A DNA stretch of 64,000 bases from Ignavibacteriota bacterium (GTDB lineage Bacteria > Bacteroidota > Ignavibacteria > UBA10030): assembly GCA_963727825.1 (NCBI GenBank), contig CAVSHO010000009.1, positions 160,001 to 224,000 on the forward strand, written 5' to 3'. A model generated the notes under the pieces. That model saw only the letters and a list, made by a program, of their open reading frames with translations, did not search any database and was not told where the DNA came from. Both the position numbers and the translations under genes were made by a program. This document shows, one piece after another, positions 29,119-43,698 of this stretch (within the stretch, counting starts at the first letter, position 1; each line of letters opens with the position of its first letter).

Positions 29119-30518
29119 TTATACTCCCCGTGCTGCCTTCAATAATGCTTCTACTTTTTCCGGTGTCTCTGCTTCTGCATAGAAACGAATCAGTGGTTCC
29201 GTTCCAGATGCACGCACTAGCACCCAGCCGTTTTTTACGAAGAGTTTGAAACCATCCTTCGTTTCGATTCGCTGGATTGGAAATCCTGCAATTTGTTTCG
29301 GCCCTTTTTTATAGAACGCCATTACTCGATTCTTTTCCTTTTCAGTAAGATGGGCATCATTCCTATTGAAGTAATACCAGCCAAATTCCTCCATTAACTC
29401 GGTGACCAGCTCGCTTAGCTTCTTTTTCCGTGTAGCCATGATCTCTGCAAGCAGAAGACCGATATAAGTGCCATCGCGTTCCGGGAGATGGCCTTTGACA
29501 GCAAGTCCGCCGCTTTCTTCTGCCGCAATAAGTATATCGCGTTCAACCATTAATCGGCAGAGATACTTGAAACCAACTGGTGTTTCATGCAGAACTAGAC
29601 CGTATTTCTTGCACATCTTATCGATGATCTGACTGACTGAGAATGATTTTGCAACTTCACCTGTCATCTTCTTCTCTTCAATAAAATATTTAAGGAGAAG
29701 TGCGAAGATACGATGTGAGTCAACAAAGTTTCCTTTCTCATCGAACGCACCAATGCGATCTGCATCGCCGTCGGTTGCAATACCGATGTCGCATCCGTTC
29801 TTCACAATTGCCTCAATCAATCCAGGTGCATTTTGCGGTAATGGCTCAGGATTACTTCCACCAAACGATGGATTGAAGTCACCGCGAATGGAGACCTTCA
29901 ACGGAAGAATTTGATCCATCACACCTTGACCCGCGCCGTGCATGGCGTCATAAGCAATTTTAATTCCGGAAGATTTGATGAGATCAAGATTGATTTTGCT
30001 TTTAATATCTTCAATGTAAATTGCGGTGAAGTCAATTTTCTTTATTGTTCCTTTTTCCACTAACTCAATAAACGACTTCTTACTTTCTACTTTTGACTTT
30101 ATGACTTTTTTCAGTTCCTTCTCTACTTTTTCAATAATCTCTGGGAAAGCAGGACCGCCAAAATCACCTTTGATCTTGAAACCGTTATACCTTGCCGGGT
30201 TATGACTTGCTGTTATAACTACTCCGCCCGCAGCATTCAATTTTTTAGTTAGTAACGAGACCATCGGTGTAGAAGAAATTTTATCGGAAATAATGACTTT
30301 GGTACCCCGGTTAGCGATCACTTCGGCGGTCTTCTCTGCAAATTCTCTCGACAGGAAGCGTAGAATCATAGCCAATTACAATTCCATTTTTAATTTTCTT
30401 GTGACGCTTATAGATAATTCGCCGTTGCCAGCGCAACCTTCGCTATGTTCGCAAATGTAAAATCGTCGGCAATGACGCCGCGCCAACCATCTGTTCCGAA
30501 TTTAATTTGTGGTATCAT
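29119..30518 (-). CDS. Phosphoglucomutase/phosphomannomutase, frameshifted near the 5' end
   Basis: [14 protein letters not shown] from 30518; TASHNP, DGDADR, EESGG and RASGTEP motifs. Confidence 0.92.
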
Positions 30519-30619
30519 GATTTTTTCTCCAGACAAAAAAGCTGGTCAGGAGTAAAAACTCCTTCCCAGCTTATTTATTATGCTCTTCATACTTACATTA
30601 CGCAAATATGGATATTCTT

Positions 30620-31987
<1,368 letters not shown>

Positions 31988-32110
31988 TCATCGCAGATTC
32001 GGGATAAGTTCTGAAATATTTCCAGACGACCATAATTAAGCCAAAATTTGCAGGAAAAGCAATTTCAGGTAAGACGAAAAATATATAAGTCAAAAGAAGT
32101 TTGTTAATCT

Positions 32111-32317
32111 CTACCTTATTTTCCCGCTCATTACAGCTTGAGCAAATGTCTGGAAACTGCGGTCGTAGGTTTGTTCTATACTATTCGGGAAACAACAGGC
32201 CGGCAATTCTTGCATACGCAAATGATACTGGATGCATTCACAGCAAGTTCCTTTGCGTGAGCAAGGTTCATAACTACAATTACATTTCTTCAAGTTTTTC
32301 GATTTATTACATTCCAT
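32111..32317 (-). CDS. Small Cys-rich protein (DUF6485-like)
   Basis: CNCSYEPCSRKGTCCECIQYH...LPACCF...TYDRS; RBS GAGG. Confidence 0.75.
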   Translation of the reverse strand: MECNKSKNLKKCNCSYEPCSRKGTCCECIQYHLRMQELPACCFPNSIEQTYDRSFQTFAQAVMSGKIR

Positions 32318-32351
32318 TTAACATCCTCGTTTACTATTTCCTCTACGTATG

Positions 32352-32398
32352 ACCTTCGGAAGGTTTTATTTGGTTGAGCTCTGCGAACCTTCCGAAGG
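32352..32398. repeat. REP-like inverted doublet overlapping the 3' end of the adjacent gene
   Basis: ACCTTCGGAAGGTT (32352) and AACCTTCCGAAGG (32386). Confidence 0.75.
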
Positions 32399-34615
32399 CG
32401 GCTTTAATTCAAACACGCAACGATCAATCCATTCGGTCGTTTCTATCTGAAGAAAAGTATTTGAAGCGAGTGGAAACGATTTCACAAATGCGGTTTTGGC
32501 TTTTTCAAATTCCCGCAACTCGAACCAATCTTTTCCTAATCGGCGCAAGCGGAAGAATTCGAGTGTCTTTGATTCCATAGGCCCAACTGATTCCAAGATT
32601 CGTGTACTTTCAGCAAAGCGATCTTTCGCGGCATACTCGCGCGCGAGTAGGTAATGCGCTGTCGGACTTTTTAATCGTTCCAATTGTGCAATGCGTGTCG
32701 TGTCTTCCATAGAATATGAAAAATAAATTCTAAGCTCGCCGCGTTCCTGTAAATTTTTTAGCGTTTCCAAACGAAGCATACACGCTTCTTCGTTTGACGC
32801 GCTCAAATTAATACTTAACATTAACTCATACTCTTGTTTCGTCTTAGCAAGAGAATCCAACGCCCAGTATGCATCGCCGAGCCGAAGATGCAACGGCAAA
32901 AGAGTATAACCAATTGCTGTGTCGCGAAGTTGACCATCGACGTATTCAATGAAGTCTTTAAACCGTCGCATCTCGAATAAGGCAGTGGCTTTCTGAAAAA
33001 CGGCCTCCGATGTCTTACTTAACCTCAAAGATTGTTCTGCAGATAGAAATGCCTTTTCATAATCGTGATGGATAATATCTTCTCTTGTTTCGGCGTTCAT
33101 GTTAGCAATTACACGCGCGCATTCCTTTCCAAAAATGGATGGACGCCGGAAGAAGTACTTAGCTTTTATGCTGTCAGCATAATCGAGATGAACGCTTTTA
33201 ACGGAAGTTTGCCACTCTATTAGTAACGATTTCAAATCCTTTTGATAAATATTTTTGAAATCGCCGTTCGCATATAATCGCTTGAACTGATCTACACTAA
33301 ACGAGTCGATGAGAAACCGGCAAAACGATCCGGCAAGTGTGTAACTGATGGAGGGATTGGCTTGAATGAAGCCGGTGAACGTGAAAAGTGATTCAAGATT
33401 CGGGTGAATACCGGACGCAAATACCATCGCCGCAGAGCGATCAAGCGGTTCCTCTATCTGAGAAGTCCGACCCATCGCCACTGCAATTCCTTCAATCAAT
33501 CCAGAATTCGATGCAATTTTCAAAGGCGACCATCCAAACTCCGCCGAAAGCACGTGGACCATTTCATGTTTCAATGCTGATTCAACATCCCCAAGATTGA
33601 TGTGCATCTGCCTCAGCCATGGCTTCGTGAGGTCAGTGTGCACGGCACCGATAAGTCGCCCCTTCTGTTCAGGCGAAGCATAAAGAAATGAGACAATACG
33701 CTCCTGCGAATGAAGGTTCATTTCATGTGAAAGCTTATCAAAGTAAAACTCGTGCAGACTGCCAATTTGTTCAATGTGCTCGCGCTTGATACTCCCTGCA
33801 GAATAGATGATATCAAAATGCGTCGTCTTATAGTTACCGGCAAGTTTCTGCCGGATAAAATCTGCAGATGAAGAAAGTCCAAGACGGTCGCTCAAAGTAA
33901 AAATGATGACAACAACAGGAGCAAGCAGGGCAATAACAATGAGTTCAATAATGGGAGGTGCAGATCTTGTTGAATATGCTGTTTCCTTTTTATTCTGATA
34001 TATCTGCCACAACCAAACAGACCCTGCTGCAAAACATCCGGCAGCGGCAAGTGTCGCCAACCGGTATATCAATAACCGCTGAGTTACCTGAAGCGTTTCG
34101 TCGTAAGTGAAGCCGGGAAAAAATCCTATGATCGGATTGAATGCAAATATTTGCGGACGAATTATGGTAACAAATGGAATATGAAAAAGAATGAGAATGT
34201 AGGTTATTGTAAAAATAGTTTTACGCCATTTTCCAAACACAACTCCAACAAACAACGCAAGCGATATGGAGAAGAATACTCCGGGAATTACTGTTCGTGC
34301 ATACAACTTTACGCCATCGCCAACGGAACAATTCTTCACAAAGAATACATTTGCCAGCGAAATGATAAATGGAATGGCAAGAATGACAAACGAGGCAAAG
34401 GTACTTCTGCCGATAAAACGCCAGACATCCAGTTTGCATTCAGGATTGGTTTGTTTCCAAAGTGCTAATGTCAGAATTCCAGAAATATAACCGGAGAGCA
34501 GAACCGTAAGCGCAGAAAATTCATATCCCAAATAATTGAAAAGCGGAACGCGCGTACAAGCAATAGCGAACAAAACAAGGACAAGAGCAGTAATCTGGAA
34601 TGTGCGGGTTTGCAT
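32366..34615 (-). CDS. Membrane protein with a zincin-like HExxH motif and a TPR-like C-terminus
   Basis: About 7 N-terminal TM helices, LKHEMVH...GLIEGIAVA and a helical repeat tail; likely start MQTRTF. Confidence 0.7.
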   Translation of the reverse strand: MQTRTFQITALVLVLFAIACTRVPLFNYLGYEFSALTVLLSGYISGILTLALWKQTNPECKLDVWRFIGRSTFASFVILAIPFIISLANVFFVKNCSVGDGVKLYARTVIPGVFFSISLALFVGVVFGKWRKTIFTITYILILFHIPFVTIIRPQIFAFNPIIGFFPGFTYDETLQVTQRLLIYRLATLAAAGCFAAGSVWLWQIYQNKKETAYSTRSAPPIIELIVIALLAPVVVIIFTLSDRLGLSSSADFIRQKLAGNYKTTHFDIIYSAGSIKREHIEQIGSLHEFYFDKLSHEMNLHSQERIVSFLYASPEQKGRLIGAVHTDLTKPWLRQMHINLGDVESALKHEMVHVLSAEFGWSPLKIASNSGLIEGIAVAMGRTSQIEEPLDRSAAMVFASGIHPNLESLFTFTGFIQANPSISYTLAGSFCRFLIDSFSVDQFKRLYANGDFKNIYQKDLKSLLIEWQTSVKSVHLDYADSIKAKYFFRRPSIFGKECARVIANMNAETREDIIHHDYEKAFLSAEQSLRLSKTSEAVFQKATALFEMRRFKDFIEYVDGQLRDTAIGYTLLPLHLRLGDAYWALDSLAKTKQEYELMLSINLSASNEEACMLRLETLKNLQERGELRIYFSYSMEDTTRIAQLERLKSPTAHYLLAREYAAKDRFAESTRILESVGPMESKTLEFFRLRRLGKDWFELREFEKAKTAFVKSFPLASNTFLQIETTEWIDRCVFELKPPSEGSQSSTK

Positions 34616-34625
34616 GGTCTCGGTT

Positions 34626-34673
34626 ACCTTCCGAAAGTTATCTTCGTTCAAACTGGGGAACTTTCGGAAGGTT
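34626..34673. repeat. REP-like inverted doublet
   Basis: ACCTTCCGAAAGTT (34626) and AACTTTCGGAAGGTT (34659). Confidence 0.75.
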
Positions 34674-34684
34674 TCATCGGGTAA

Positions 34685-35956
34685 TTAGAATTCCTCGCCT
34701 TGTTCACGGCGAATGTCAGCACCAAGTGCTTGGAGTTTTTTCTCCATTGATTCGTATCCACGATCAATGTGGTATACGCGAAGAACTTCCGTTGTTCCTT
34801 CAGCAACAAGTCCGGCGAGAATAAGCGATGCGCTCGCACGCAAATCCGTAGACATTACTTTCGCTCCTGCTAATTTTTTTACACCAACGACTGTTGCAAT
34901 ATTTTCTTTCACAGTGATATTGGCGCCAAGCCGAACAAGTTCGGGAACGTGCATGAAGCGGTCAAAATACACCGTGTCTGTTATTATACTGGTACCGCCT
35001 GCCAACGACATCAATGCGATCCATTGTGCTTGCATATCGGTCGGGAAGCCAGGATAAATCGCAGTCGTTGCATTGATAGGTACAATTTTTTCAGGTGGAG
35101 TGAGTTCTATCCAATCGACACCAGTGGTAATTTTTGCTCCGGCATCCTCCAACTTAATTATTAAAGCACCGATATGATGAGGATTGCATTTCTCTAATCT
35201 TATAACATTGCCACGTTTACCCGCTATCGCACCAGCAATGAGAAATGTTCCTGCTTCGATACGATCTGGAATTGTTGCAATATCTGCAGGATGCAATTCA
35301 TCAACACCTTCAATTTCTATACGTCCTGTACCAATACCATGAATCTTCGCGCCCATTTTCAATAAGAATTCGGCCAATTGAACAATTTCCGGTTCTTGCG
35401 CCGCATTCTCAATAAGTGTTGTACCCTTTGCAAGCACCGCCGCCATCATTACATTGCCTGTTGCACCAACACTGGAAATATCAAAAAGGATACGTGCTCC
35501 GCGCAGACGTTTTGCCTTCGCTATGATATAACCTGCTTCAAGATCAATCTCGGCTCCAAGCCGGCGAATGCCTTCGATGTGCAAATTCACCGGACGCGGT
35601 CCCCACGCGCAACCGCCGGGAAGCGAAACCCTCGCTTGACCGAATCTTGCCACCAACGGACCTAATACATAAATGGACGCGCGCATTTTCTTCACGTGTT
35701 CGTACGGCGCTTCGTAACTGTTAAGCGTTGTCGTATCGATAGTCATTGTCTGCTCGACTGACGAGACTTGAATACCCATCGTCTCAAGCAGACGGCTCAT
35801 CGTCGTTACATCGCGCAGATTTGGCGTGTTGGAAAGATGAGAAGTGCCACTTGCAAGAATTGTTGCAGGCATTAATGCCAATGAAGCATTCTTCGCACCG
35901 CCTATAGCAACTGTGCCGCTAATAAATTTCCCGCCGCTGATAACAAATTTATCCAA
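34685..35956 (-). CDS. murA: UDP-N-acetylglucosamine 1-carboxyvinyltransferase
   Basis: TTG start with RBS AAGGAG; [27 protein letters not shown] and [10 protein letters not shown] motifs. Confidence 0.97.
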   Translation of the reverse strand: MDKFVISGGKFISGTVAIGGAKNASLALMPATILASGTSHLSNTPNLRDVTTMSRLLETMGIQVSSVEQTMTIDTTTLNSYEAPYEHVKKMRASIYVLGPLVARFGQARVSLPGGCAWGPRPVNLHIEGIRRLGAEIDLEAGYIIAKAKRLRGARILFDISSVGATGNVMMAAVLAKGTTLIENAAQEPEIVQLAEFLLKMGAKIHGIGTGRIEIEGVDELHPADIATIPDRIEAGTFLIAGAIAGKRGNVIRLEKCNPHHIGALIIKLEDAGAKITTGVDWIELTPPEKIVPINATTAIYPGFPTDMQAQWIALMSLAGGTSIITDTVYFDRFMHVPELVRLGANITVKENIATVVGVKKLAGAKVMSTDLRASASLILAGLVAEGTTEVLRVYHIDRGYESMEKKLQALGADIRREQGEEF

Positions 35957-36079
35957 GACTTGCTCCTTTAATCTAAAAGGATTATGTTCATTCGTGAAAT
36001 AAATATAGGCGTTAATGGACTGAAAGGCAAAGTAACAATATGTCAATATTGATTGGCTTAATAATATTGTCAGGATTCT

Positions 36080-36625
36080 ATGAAGATTGATATGAAACAA
36101 ACAAAATATCCAGAGACTATTTCTGCAATTCACAATCGCAAGAGCGTACGGAATTTCACAGGTGAATCTGTGACACAAAATGAAATTGATATCTTGCTGA
36201 AAGCCGCGATGGCAGCGCCGAGCGCTGTCAATTGTCAGCCATGGGAATTTATTATTGTGACTGACCGAAAAACACTTGACGCACTTGGCGATGCGCTGCC
36301 GTACGCGAAGATGATTTATAAAGCTGGAGCTGCAATAATCGTGTGCGGAGTGCCTGCAAAAGCGCATAAGCAGATGGAAGAGTATGCTGTGATCGATTCC
36401 ACTCTCGCTAGCCAAAATATTTTACTTGCCGCAGAAGCAATAGGACTCGGCGCAATATGGACCGCAGCATATCCATATCCCGACAGAATGAGATCCGTAA
36501 AAACGATTTTGAATATTCCAGAAAATATCATCCCGCTAAATGTCATTCCCATCGGGCATCCAACAGGTGAAGATAGGCCTAAGGAAAAGTTCGATTCGAG
36601 AAAAATTCACAAGGGAAAATGGTAA
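36080..36625 (+). CDS. Nitroreductase family protein
   Basis: RKSVRNF, AAPSAVNCQPWEF and QNILLAAEAIGLG motifs. Confidence 0.92.
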   Translation: MKIDMKQTKYPETISAIHNRKSVRNFTGESVTQNEIDILLKAAMAAPSAVNCQPWEFIIVTDRKTLDALGDALPYAKMIYKAGAAIIVCGVPAKAHKQMEEYAVIDSTLASQNILLAAEAIGLGAIWTAAYPYPDRMRSVKTILNIPENIIPLNVIPIGHPTGEDRPKEKFDSRKIHKGKW

Positions 36626-36785
36626 GATGCAAATTGCTTCAGTTAGCTTTATTCCAATGCTTGTCTTTGGTAGAAATTTTAATTAAATAGTTTTCAGTAG
36701 TTAATATAGAGAAGTCGGATACTAGTCCTCAGAGAAGCTTTATTTATGACCACATAACCGAAGGTGTTTAATTACAAATTACTAG

Positions 36786-38096
<1,311 letters not shown>

Positions 38097-38111
38097 TAGC
38101 ATTTATTCGAT

Positions 38112-39346
38112 ATGAAGACAGCATCGCTTATCAAATCTGCTGCGACCGGCTCTGTTTCTTTATCCGGTCGATTGAAGATTTTTTTGATGGTGATTGCCTT
38201 CATCATTATTGCCGTGCACGCTGTGGTACACGCACAATCTTGTGCAGGCATTGAGCCAAAAGGAAAAAGATGTCGCAGACCTTTACGCCAAGTCGTTTGA
38301 GTACCTTGTAAATGGTAAAGTTGGGGATGGAGACTATAATTTTCTCTTCACCGAAATCATTAATACAGTTGATTTCCCAGTCATATTGACGGATCGAAAC
38401 AACGAGCCCGAACTTCCCTATAATAAAAATATCAAGAACATCTCGCTGAATTCTAATTTGCCAGGTGAAGAACAACGTCAGTTTTTGAAAAATATTGTCA
38501 CTGATTTGGACCGCTCTCATCAGCCCATCAAGGTTGTATATCAGGACACCATCATATTGAGTTATCTTCACTATGGTGAATCGACACTCATAGTTCAACT
38601 TCGCTGGCTTCCTTATGTAGAGCTTGCCGTTGCGGCGCTTTTTATTCTTATCGGTTACATCAGTTTCAGTTATATCAAACGAAGCGAGCAAAGCAATATT
38701 TGGGTCGGGATGGCAAGAGAGACAGCACATCAATTAGGCACACCGATATCCAGTATGCTCGGCTGGGTTGAACTGCTTAAAGAACAATCTGAAGGCGACA
38801 TGAAAACAACGGAGACACTGCTGGATATGGAAAGTGATCTTCACCGCCTCCAAAAAATCGCAGATCGATTTTCAAAAATCGGATCCAAACCCGACTTGCA
38901 CGAAGAGGACATTACCGAAGTGATTGGCAAGGTCACTGAATACTTCCAACGGCGGATTCCACAAACCGGCAAAAAAGTTCATCTTGTCATTGAATCGGTA
39001 GAACCGGTTCGGGCACGTATCAACCGAGAGTTATTCGAATGGGTTATAGAGAACCTTACCAAGAATGCGCTTGATGCAATTGAGAACGGCGAGGGAACAA
39101 TCGCTTTTTTAATATCAGAACAGGGCAAGCATGTATTTGTTGATGTTTCCGACACCGGTAAAGGTATCATACCTCAAACACCGGAATGATGTGTTTCGCC
39201 CCGGTTTTTCAACGAAGAAGCGCGGGTGGGGTTTAGGATTAAGTTTATCAAAACGCATCATAGAAGCATATCATGCCGGCAAACTTTTTCTCAAAGAAAA
39301 CAATTCCGGATTCAAAACTACATTTCGTATTATGTTGAATAAGTGA
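38112..39346 (+). CDS. Sensor histidine kinase, with two apparent frameshifts
   Basis: GMARETAHQLGTP (H box), ENLTKNA, DTGKG, and FRPGFSTKKRGWGLGL in the next frame. Confidence 0.88.
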
Positions 39347-39353
39347 GGAACAT

Positions 39354-40271
39354 ATGAAACGTTTATGGATTCTTCTGAGCATTACTCTTTTTGCGTCTTC
39401 GTTTGTAATTGCGCAGATGCCCATAGAGGACGAACTGTATGCTTCTGTTCTTGGTATAGAAGGTGGAACGCGCCTCGAACGCGGCCAGTTCATTAAAGAA
39501 AAGCTGCACAAGATGGGTGTTGGATATGTAACGGCACCATTCAAGGATATTTCCCGCGTTAAGAAAGACACGATAATAATTTCAGGCGAAAATATTGTTG
39601 TACGCGTTGGACAAGGGACAAGACGTATTGTTGTCGGCGCGCATTACGATGCGTTCAAAGACTCACCCGGCGCAAACGATAACGGCAGCGGTGTTGCTGT
39701 GGTAATGGCTCTTATCCAGCACCTGCAAAATACGGAATGGAATTACTCCGTTGATTTCTGTTTTTTCGATCAAGAGGAATCGAAATTGATGGGATCGATG
39801 TATTACGTTAAACAGTTTGTCCTTCCACAAAAACATATTGCAATGATCAACTTGGATATTGAAGGCACAGGCGAAGAAGTGTTTGTTGGACCGGTTGGCA
39901 TGAATAGTCGAACAATTATGCGCTATGTTCATGATGCGGTGAAAGAAACAGGATTCCCATACTTTGAGAGTGCGGATTTCCCCGCTTCGGATCATTTATC
40001 GTTTGCAAGATTCAATTTGCAGAATATTGCCATTTCGATCGTGCCGAAAGGCGACTCCGAGCGGCTAATCAAGTATGTGCAAAACGGTTATAAACCTGAT
40101 TCTCTCGACGCGCCAAAAGTTCTCGCCGTTATGCGCACGGTGGATGACCGTTCAAATCTTGTATCTCCAGCCTCTCTGAAAATGTCGTACGAGTTTACAA
40201 AAACCTTACTCCTTTTGCTCAATGAAGGTCGGTTTATAGAAATACCAAAGGAATTGCCGAAGAAGAAATAA
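39354..40271 (+). CDS. M28 family peptidase
   Basis: GAHYD, PGANDNGSG, QEE, NLD and SDH motifs; signal peptide. Confidence 0.88.
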   Translation: MKRLWILLSITLFASSFVIAQMPIEDELYASVLGIEGGTRLERGQFIKEKLHKMGVGYVTAPFKDISRVKKDTIIISGENIVVRVGQGTRRIVVGAHYDAFKDSPGANDNGSGVAVVMALIQHLQNTEWNYSVDFCFFDQEESKLMGSMYYVKQFVLPQKHIAMINLDIEGTGEEVFVGPVGMNSRTIMRYVHDAVKETGFPYFESADFPASDHLSFARFNLQNIAISIVPKGDSERLIKYVQNGYKPDSLDAPKVLAVMRTVDDRSNLVSPASLKMSYEFTKTLLLLLNEGRFIEIPKELPKKK

Positions 40272-40319
40272 GATCGTTTTAGTATAGAATAATTATTTTA
40301 GTAATTTTATTTTCGGGCA

Positions 40320-40490
40320 CTCTAACGTATGGACGCTAAGCTACCGTGTTGATAAATTTTTAGCATAGCCACGGTTTGGCCGCAATATGCACAAAACAAA
40401 ACGAGTTCATGCCTAGACTTTCAATTTTGTGTTCAGCTTCAACCTGTCTGCCCCGTCGCTCTTTGACGGGGAGTGTCTGATAGGCGGTAT
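40320..40490 (-). repeat. Degenerate long attC-like site
   Basis: The minus strand ends ...CGGTAGCTTAGCGTCCATACGTTAGAG. It is similar to the site at 42554-42624. Confidence 0.4.
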
Positions 40491-40765
40491 ACCGAATTCA
40501 ATTTCTTCTTCTTATATATATCCGATTATGTTGATATCTCTCTCTAATTCATATGGAAGCTGTCTAACTATTGGGCCATCAAAAACAGTAATGCTGAATA
40601 AGTGCGCAACATTGTATTTTTATAAATATATTTTAGAACAATCTACCTTATAGAGTAACTCTACTTTGCAAGCGCAACTTCATAATTACATAAATGCCGC
40701 ACTAAAAAAGTTGTCCGTGTTAATCGGCGGGTTAGTTACGTCAAGAATATTTAATATTTCTTAAC

Positions 40766-40986
40766 GATGTTACGCAATGTAAGTTGATCTATAGCCACGA
40801 CGTTTACGTCGTGGACAAATAATAAAGCATCATTGGCTTTAGCTGCTTTTTGAATAGTTTTGGGCTTGGCAAAAAGCCATCCCTTTGAGAAAAGCCCATT
40901 GAAGAGAAATTAAAACCACGACCTGTCCCGAAGGGATGGAGTTGCCAAAGGTCGTAGCAATATTCTATTGCATTGTGCGTAACATC
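40766..40986. mobile_element. REPIN/MITE-like element
   Basis: Terminal inverted repeats GATGTTACGCA / TGCGTAACATC, with internal hairpins CCACGACG-TTTA-CGTCGTGG and CCACGACC[insert]AAAGGTCGTAG. Confidence 0.65.
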
Positions 40987-42478
40987 AGTTCTTAAGTAAT
41001 TTATTCAAGATATTTCTTATTTCAACTCCCCACGATGGTCTTGGAGCATCCTTGTTTATTAAATTTCCTTTCTTGTCCATTATCATATAAGTGGGGTAAC
41101 CGGGAAATTTCAAACCACTTCTAATTAAATCTGTCTCTTCTTCATTAAAGAAGTAATTGTCTCCTTTGATATGATTTTGCGAAATAACCTTTTCCCAATC
41201 TTCTTTCTTTGAGGACAAACATAAATTTACAAATGCTACCGATTTACTTTTGAAGTAATCTTGTAATTCAATTTCAAATGGTATTTCTGCACGGCAAGGG
41301 CCACACGACGTCTCCCAGATATCAATGTAAATAATTTTATTTTTGTGCTTAGAATGAAGTGTTTCTAAAAACTTCCTCACTGACTTAAACTTTAATCCAC
41401 TATTTGAATTTATAGAATCATCTTAATTTATATGTTTGATTTATAGAATCATCTTTTTTATACGTTTGATTTTTAGAAATCGTTATATCTTCATTAACAG
41501 TTTTAAGCAATACAGGATTATTTATATATTTCTTATAATTATTCGACATAGCTGCTACGCTATCTAAAAAAATGCCGGAAGGCCTGTAGTCATAAAAATC
41601 GAGAAATACTTTATAAATCATAATGTCTCTGCTTAATCCTGGTTTTTCATTTTTTATAATGTTATTAAAAACTCTGCTATAAGCATTTCTAAAATCTTTT
41701 CTCTTGCCCAATTGAGCAGAAATGGAATCGCTCATAATATATTTAACTACAGCATAATTAGATAAGTGTGCTGTATACAGAAAACTCACAATGGCAGAGT
41801 CTTTATCGACCGGAAACAGATTGGTATTAAATACATCGGTTTTATATTGTTTGTAATTCATATCATAGTATGCAAAATAACCGAGCAAATAATTAGCTAG
41901 GCTGTATTTTATATCATTTTGTGCCCAATACTTGAATTTATCGGTTGGATTTTCTTTCATACAAACACATTTAAAATCGAATCTTCAATATTCATCTGGT
42001 TTTTCAAGTCATTTAAAAATTCACTAATCGATTTATTATATACCGGCTTATAAGTATATGGATTATGAAATTGCAAATATTCTCGAATATCATTCGTAGT
42101 AGAAGAATTTGGTCCGGTAACTTTAAAATACGGGTAGTTATCTTTTTTAAATATGTTTGCATCCAAGTCTAAGAATAAACTGTCCCCCGGTTCTATGTAT
42201 AAAGTTGCAAAACCATTTTCATAAAACAGGTTTACACCCTGAGGGTTGAAAAGCTCAATTTCTAATTTAAAATTCCCCAAAGAATCTAATATTGCAGTTT
42301 GTTCAATATCTTCGATAACTCCTCCGGCAGCAAAACGTAGCACCCTTGCATCGTCATTAAAATTATGTACTTTGCCTTCGATTATAGCCTTGCCTTTTTT
42401 AAGTATTATTTCTGTATGATTATTAGTATTGCAGCCAAATAAAAAAATTAAAATTAGAGCGCAAATTAATTTTCTCAT
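40985..42478 (-). CDS. TlpA/thioredoxin-like lipoprotein, split into three ORFs by frameshifts
   Basis: Lipoprotein signal MRKLICALILIFLFGC; C-terminal YIDIWETSCGPC...YPTY...APRPS; AT-rich. Confidence 0.8.
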
Positions 42479-42647
42479 GATATAACCTTCCTTTTTATAA
42501 ACATAAAAAATTAATTTTTTAACTTTTGCACTATAGGTAACTAATGATCGCTCCCTAACGAATGGGTCTCTGCCAAAAAGACGCCTGCCGGTGGGCAGTG
42601 CGGACAAGTAAGCTGCCGTGCTGAATATTTACAAAAATCACCTTCTG

Positions 42648-43196
42648 CTATTGTTGCAACGGCGGCTGTGGTGGAGTTGTTGGTTTTTTCTTCCCTAAAA
42701 TTCCATATCCGATAATTCCGCCAAGCATAGAAAATATCGGATAGAGAATCAAAGCATAAACCAGGGATCGAAGAATTCCGCCAATTGTGCCTGCCTGCTT
42801 GATCGATTGCTCAAATTGATCGCGCATATTATCCAACGTGCCCGACGGAATAGAACCGTTGTCTTCTAACTTCTGTGTTAATTTCTCCATAAAGCTGCGC
42901 ATCATTTCCGTTTCTACCGGACCGAGAATCAGATTAATCATTGCACTAAGGCATGTCGTCACCAATGCACCTGCAATACCTGCGATGATTCCTAAAATCA
43001 GCGCATCGGATGATTCCATCGGCGGCATTTCATCCGTAAATTCTTTCCTATAAAGATAAACCGATATCGCACCGCCCAAAAGAATTCCGGCGCAGCAACA
43101 GCAATTAAGCAGGTTCAAACCCGGGATTCCCGAGATCGCGCCGATAATGAGTCCGCCAAGAATGGCTGAGCGTAGTTTACTGGGTTTTTCGATCAT
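42648..43196 (-). CDS. Hypothetical membrane protein with a CCCC run
   Basis: About 4 TM helices; LLNCCCCAG. Confidence 0.75.
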   Translation of the reverse strand: MIEKPSKLRSAILGGLIIGAISGIPGLNLLNCCCCAGILLGGAISVYLYRKEFTDEMPPMESSDALILGIIAGIAGALVTTCLSAMINLILGPVETEMMRSFMEKLTQKLEDNGSIPSGTLDNMRDQFEQSIKQAGTIGGILRSLVYALILYPIFSMLGGIIGYGILGKKKPTTPPQPPLQQ

Positions 43197-43698
43197 ATGT
43201 ATATGCTCCAGAATCTAGTGATTGAATTTTCTTTCTATAAATTAACTGCGAACATGCCTCGATAAGAAGCGGAACAATGCACCATGGCATCACGCCGCCG
43301 AATAACAAACCCGTTACCACGCGTGTTATCGTTGTGCTGGCGTGAAGACCGGTATCATTCAACATCACGTCAATAAGCATTGGAATAATTACGGCAATCA
43401 TTAGCACCGGTTTCGGAATGTGTTTTCGCCTAAGTGCACCGGACAACGGCATCAACAGCAATCCTGCAAGAAATCCAAAATAGATTGCACTGCACCGGAT
43501 GCATACACCAGACTTTTCTCCTTCAACATGAAATGAACGCGCATCGTTCTGATGACAGATACGTGAGAAGAAGGAGTATACAATGTCTGCACTGCCGTGC
43601 AATCCGCCATGCTTAAGCATAGGAGCGGCGAGAATTCCCGCGCACCAGAAAGCGACAAGAACTGTGATAATAATATAAATTCTGACTGATATTTTCAT
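43177..43698 (-). CDS. DUF2085-like membrane protein
   Basis: ICHQ...RSF...VCIRCSAIYFG motif. Confidence 0.8.
   Translation of the reverse strand: MKISVRIYIIITVLVAFWCAGILAAPMLKHGGLHGSADIVYSFFSRICHQNDARSFHVEGEKSGVCIRCSAIYFGFLAGLLLMPLSGALRRKHIPKPVLMIAVIIPMLIDVMLNDTGLHASTTITRVVTGLLFGGVMPWCIVPLLIEACSQLIYRKKIQSLDSGAYTYDRKTQ

Noticed and set aside
35957-36415. N-terminal extension of MurA in the 576-aa ORF
   Set aside because: It overlaps the nitroreductase gene on the opposite strand. A TTG start with an RBS at 35956 gives a normal-length MurA.
40490-40740. Short gene remnant on the minus strand
   Set aside because: It is interrupted by stops and I could not assign a family.
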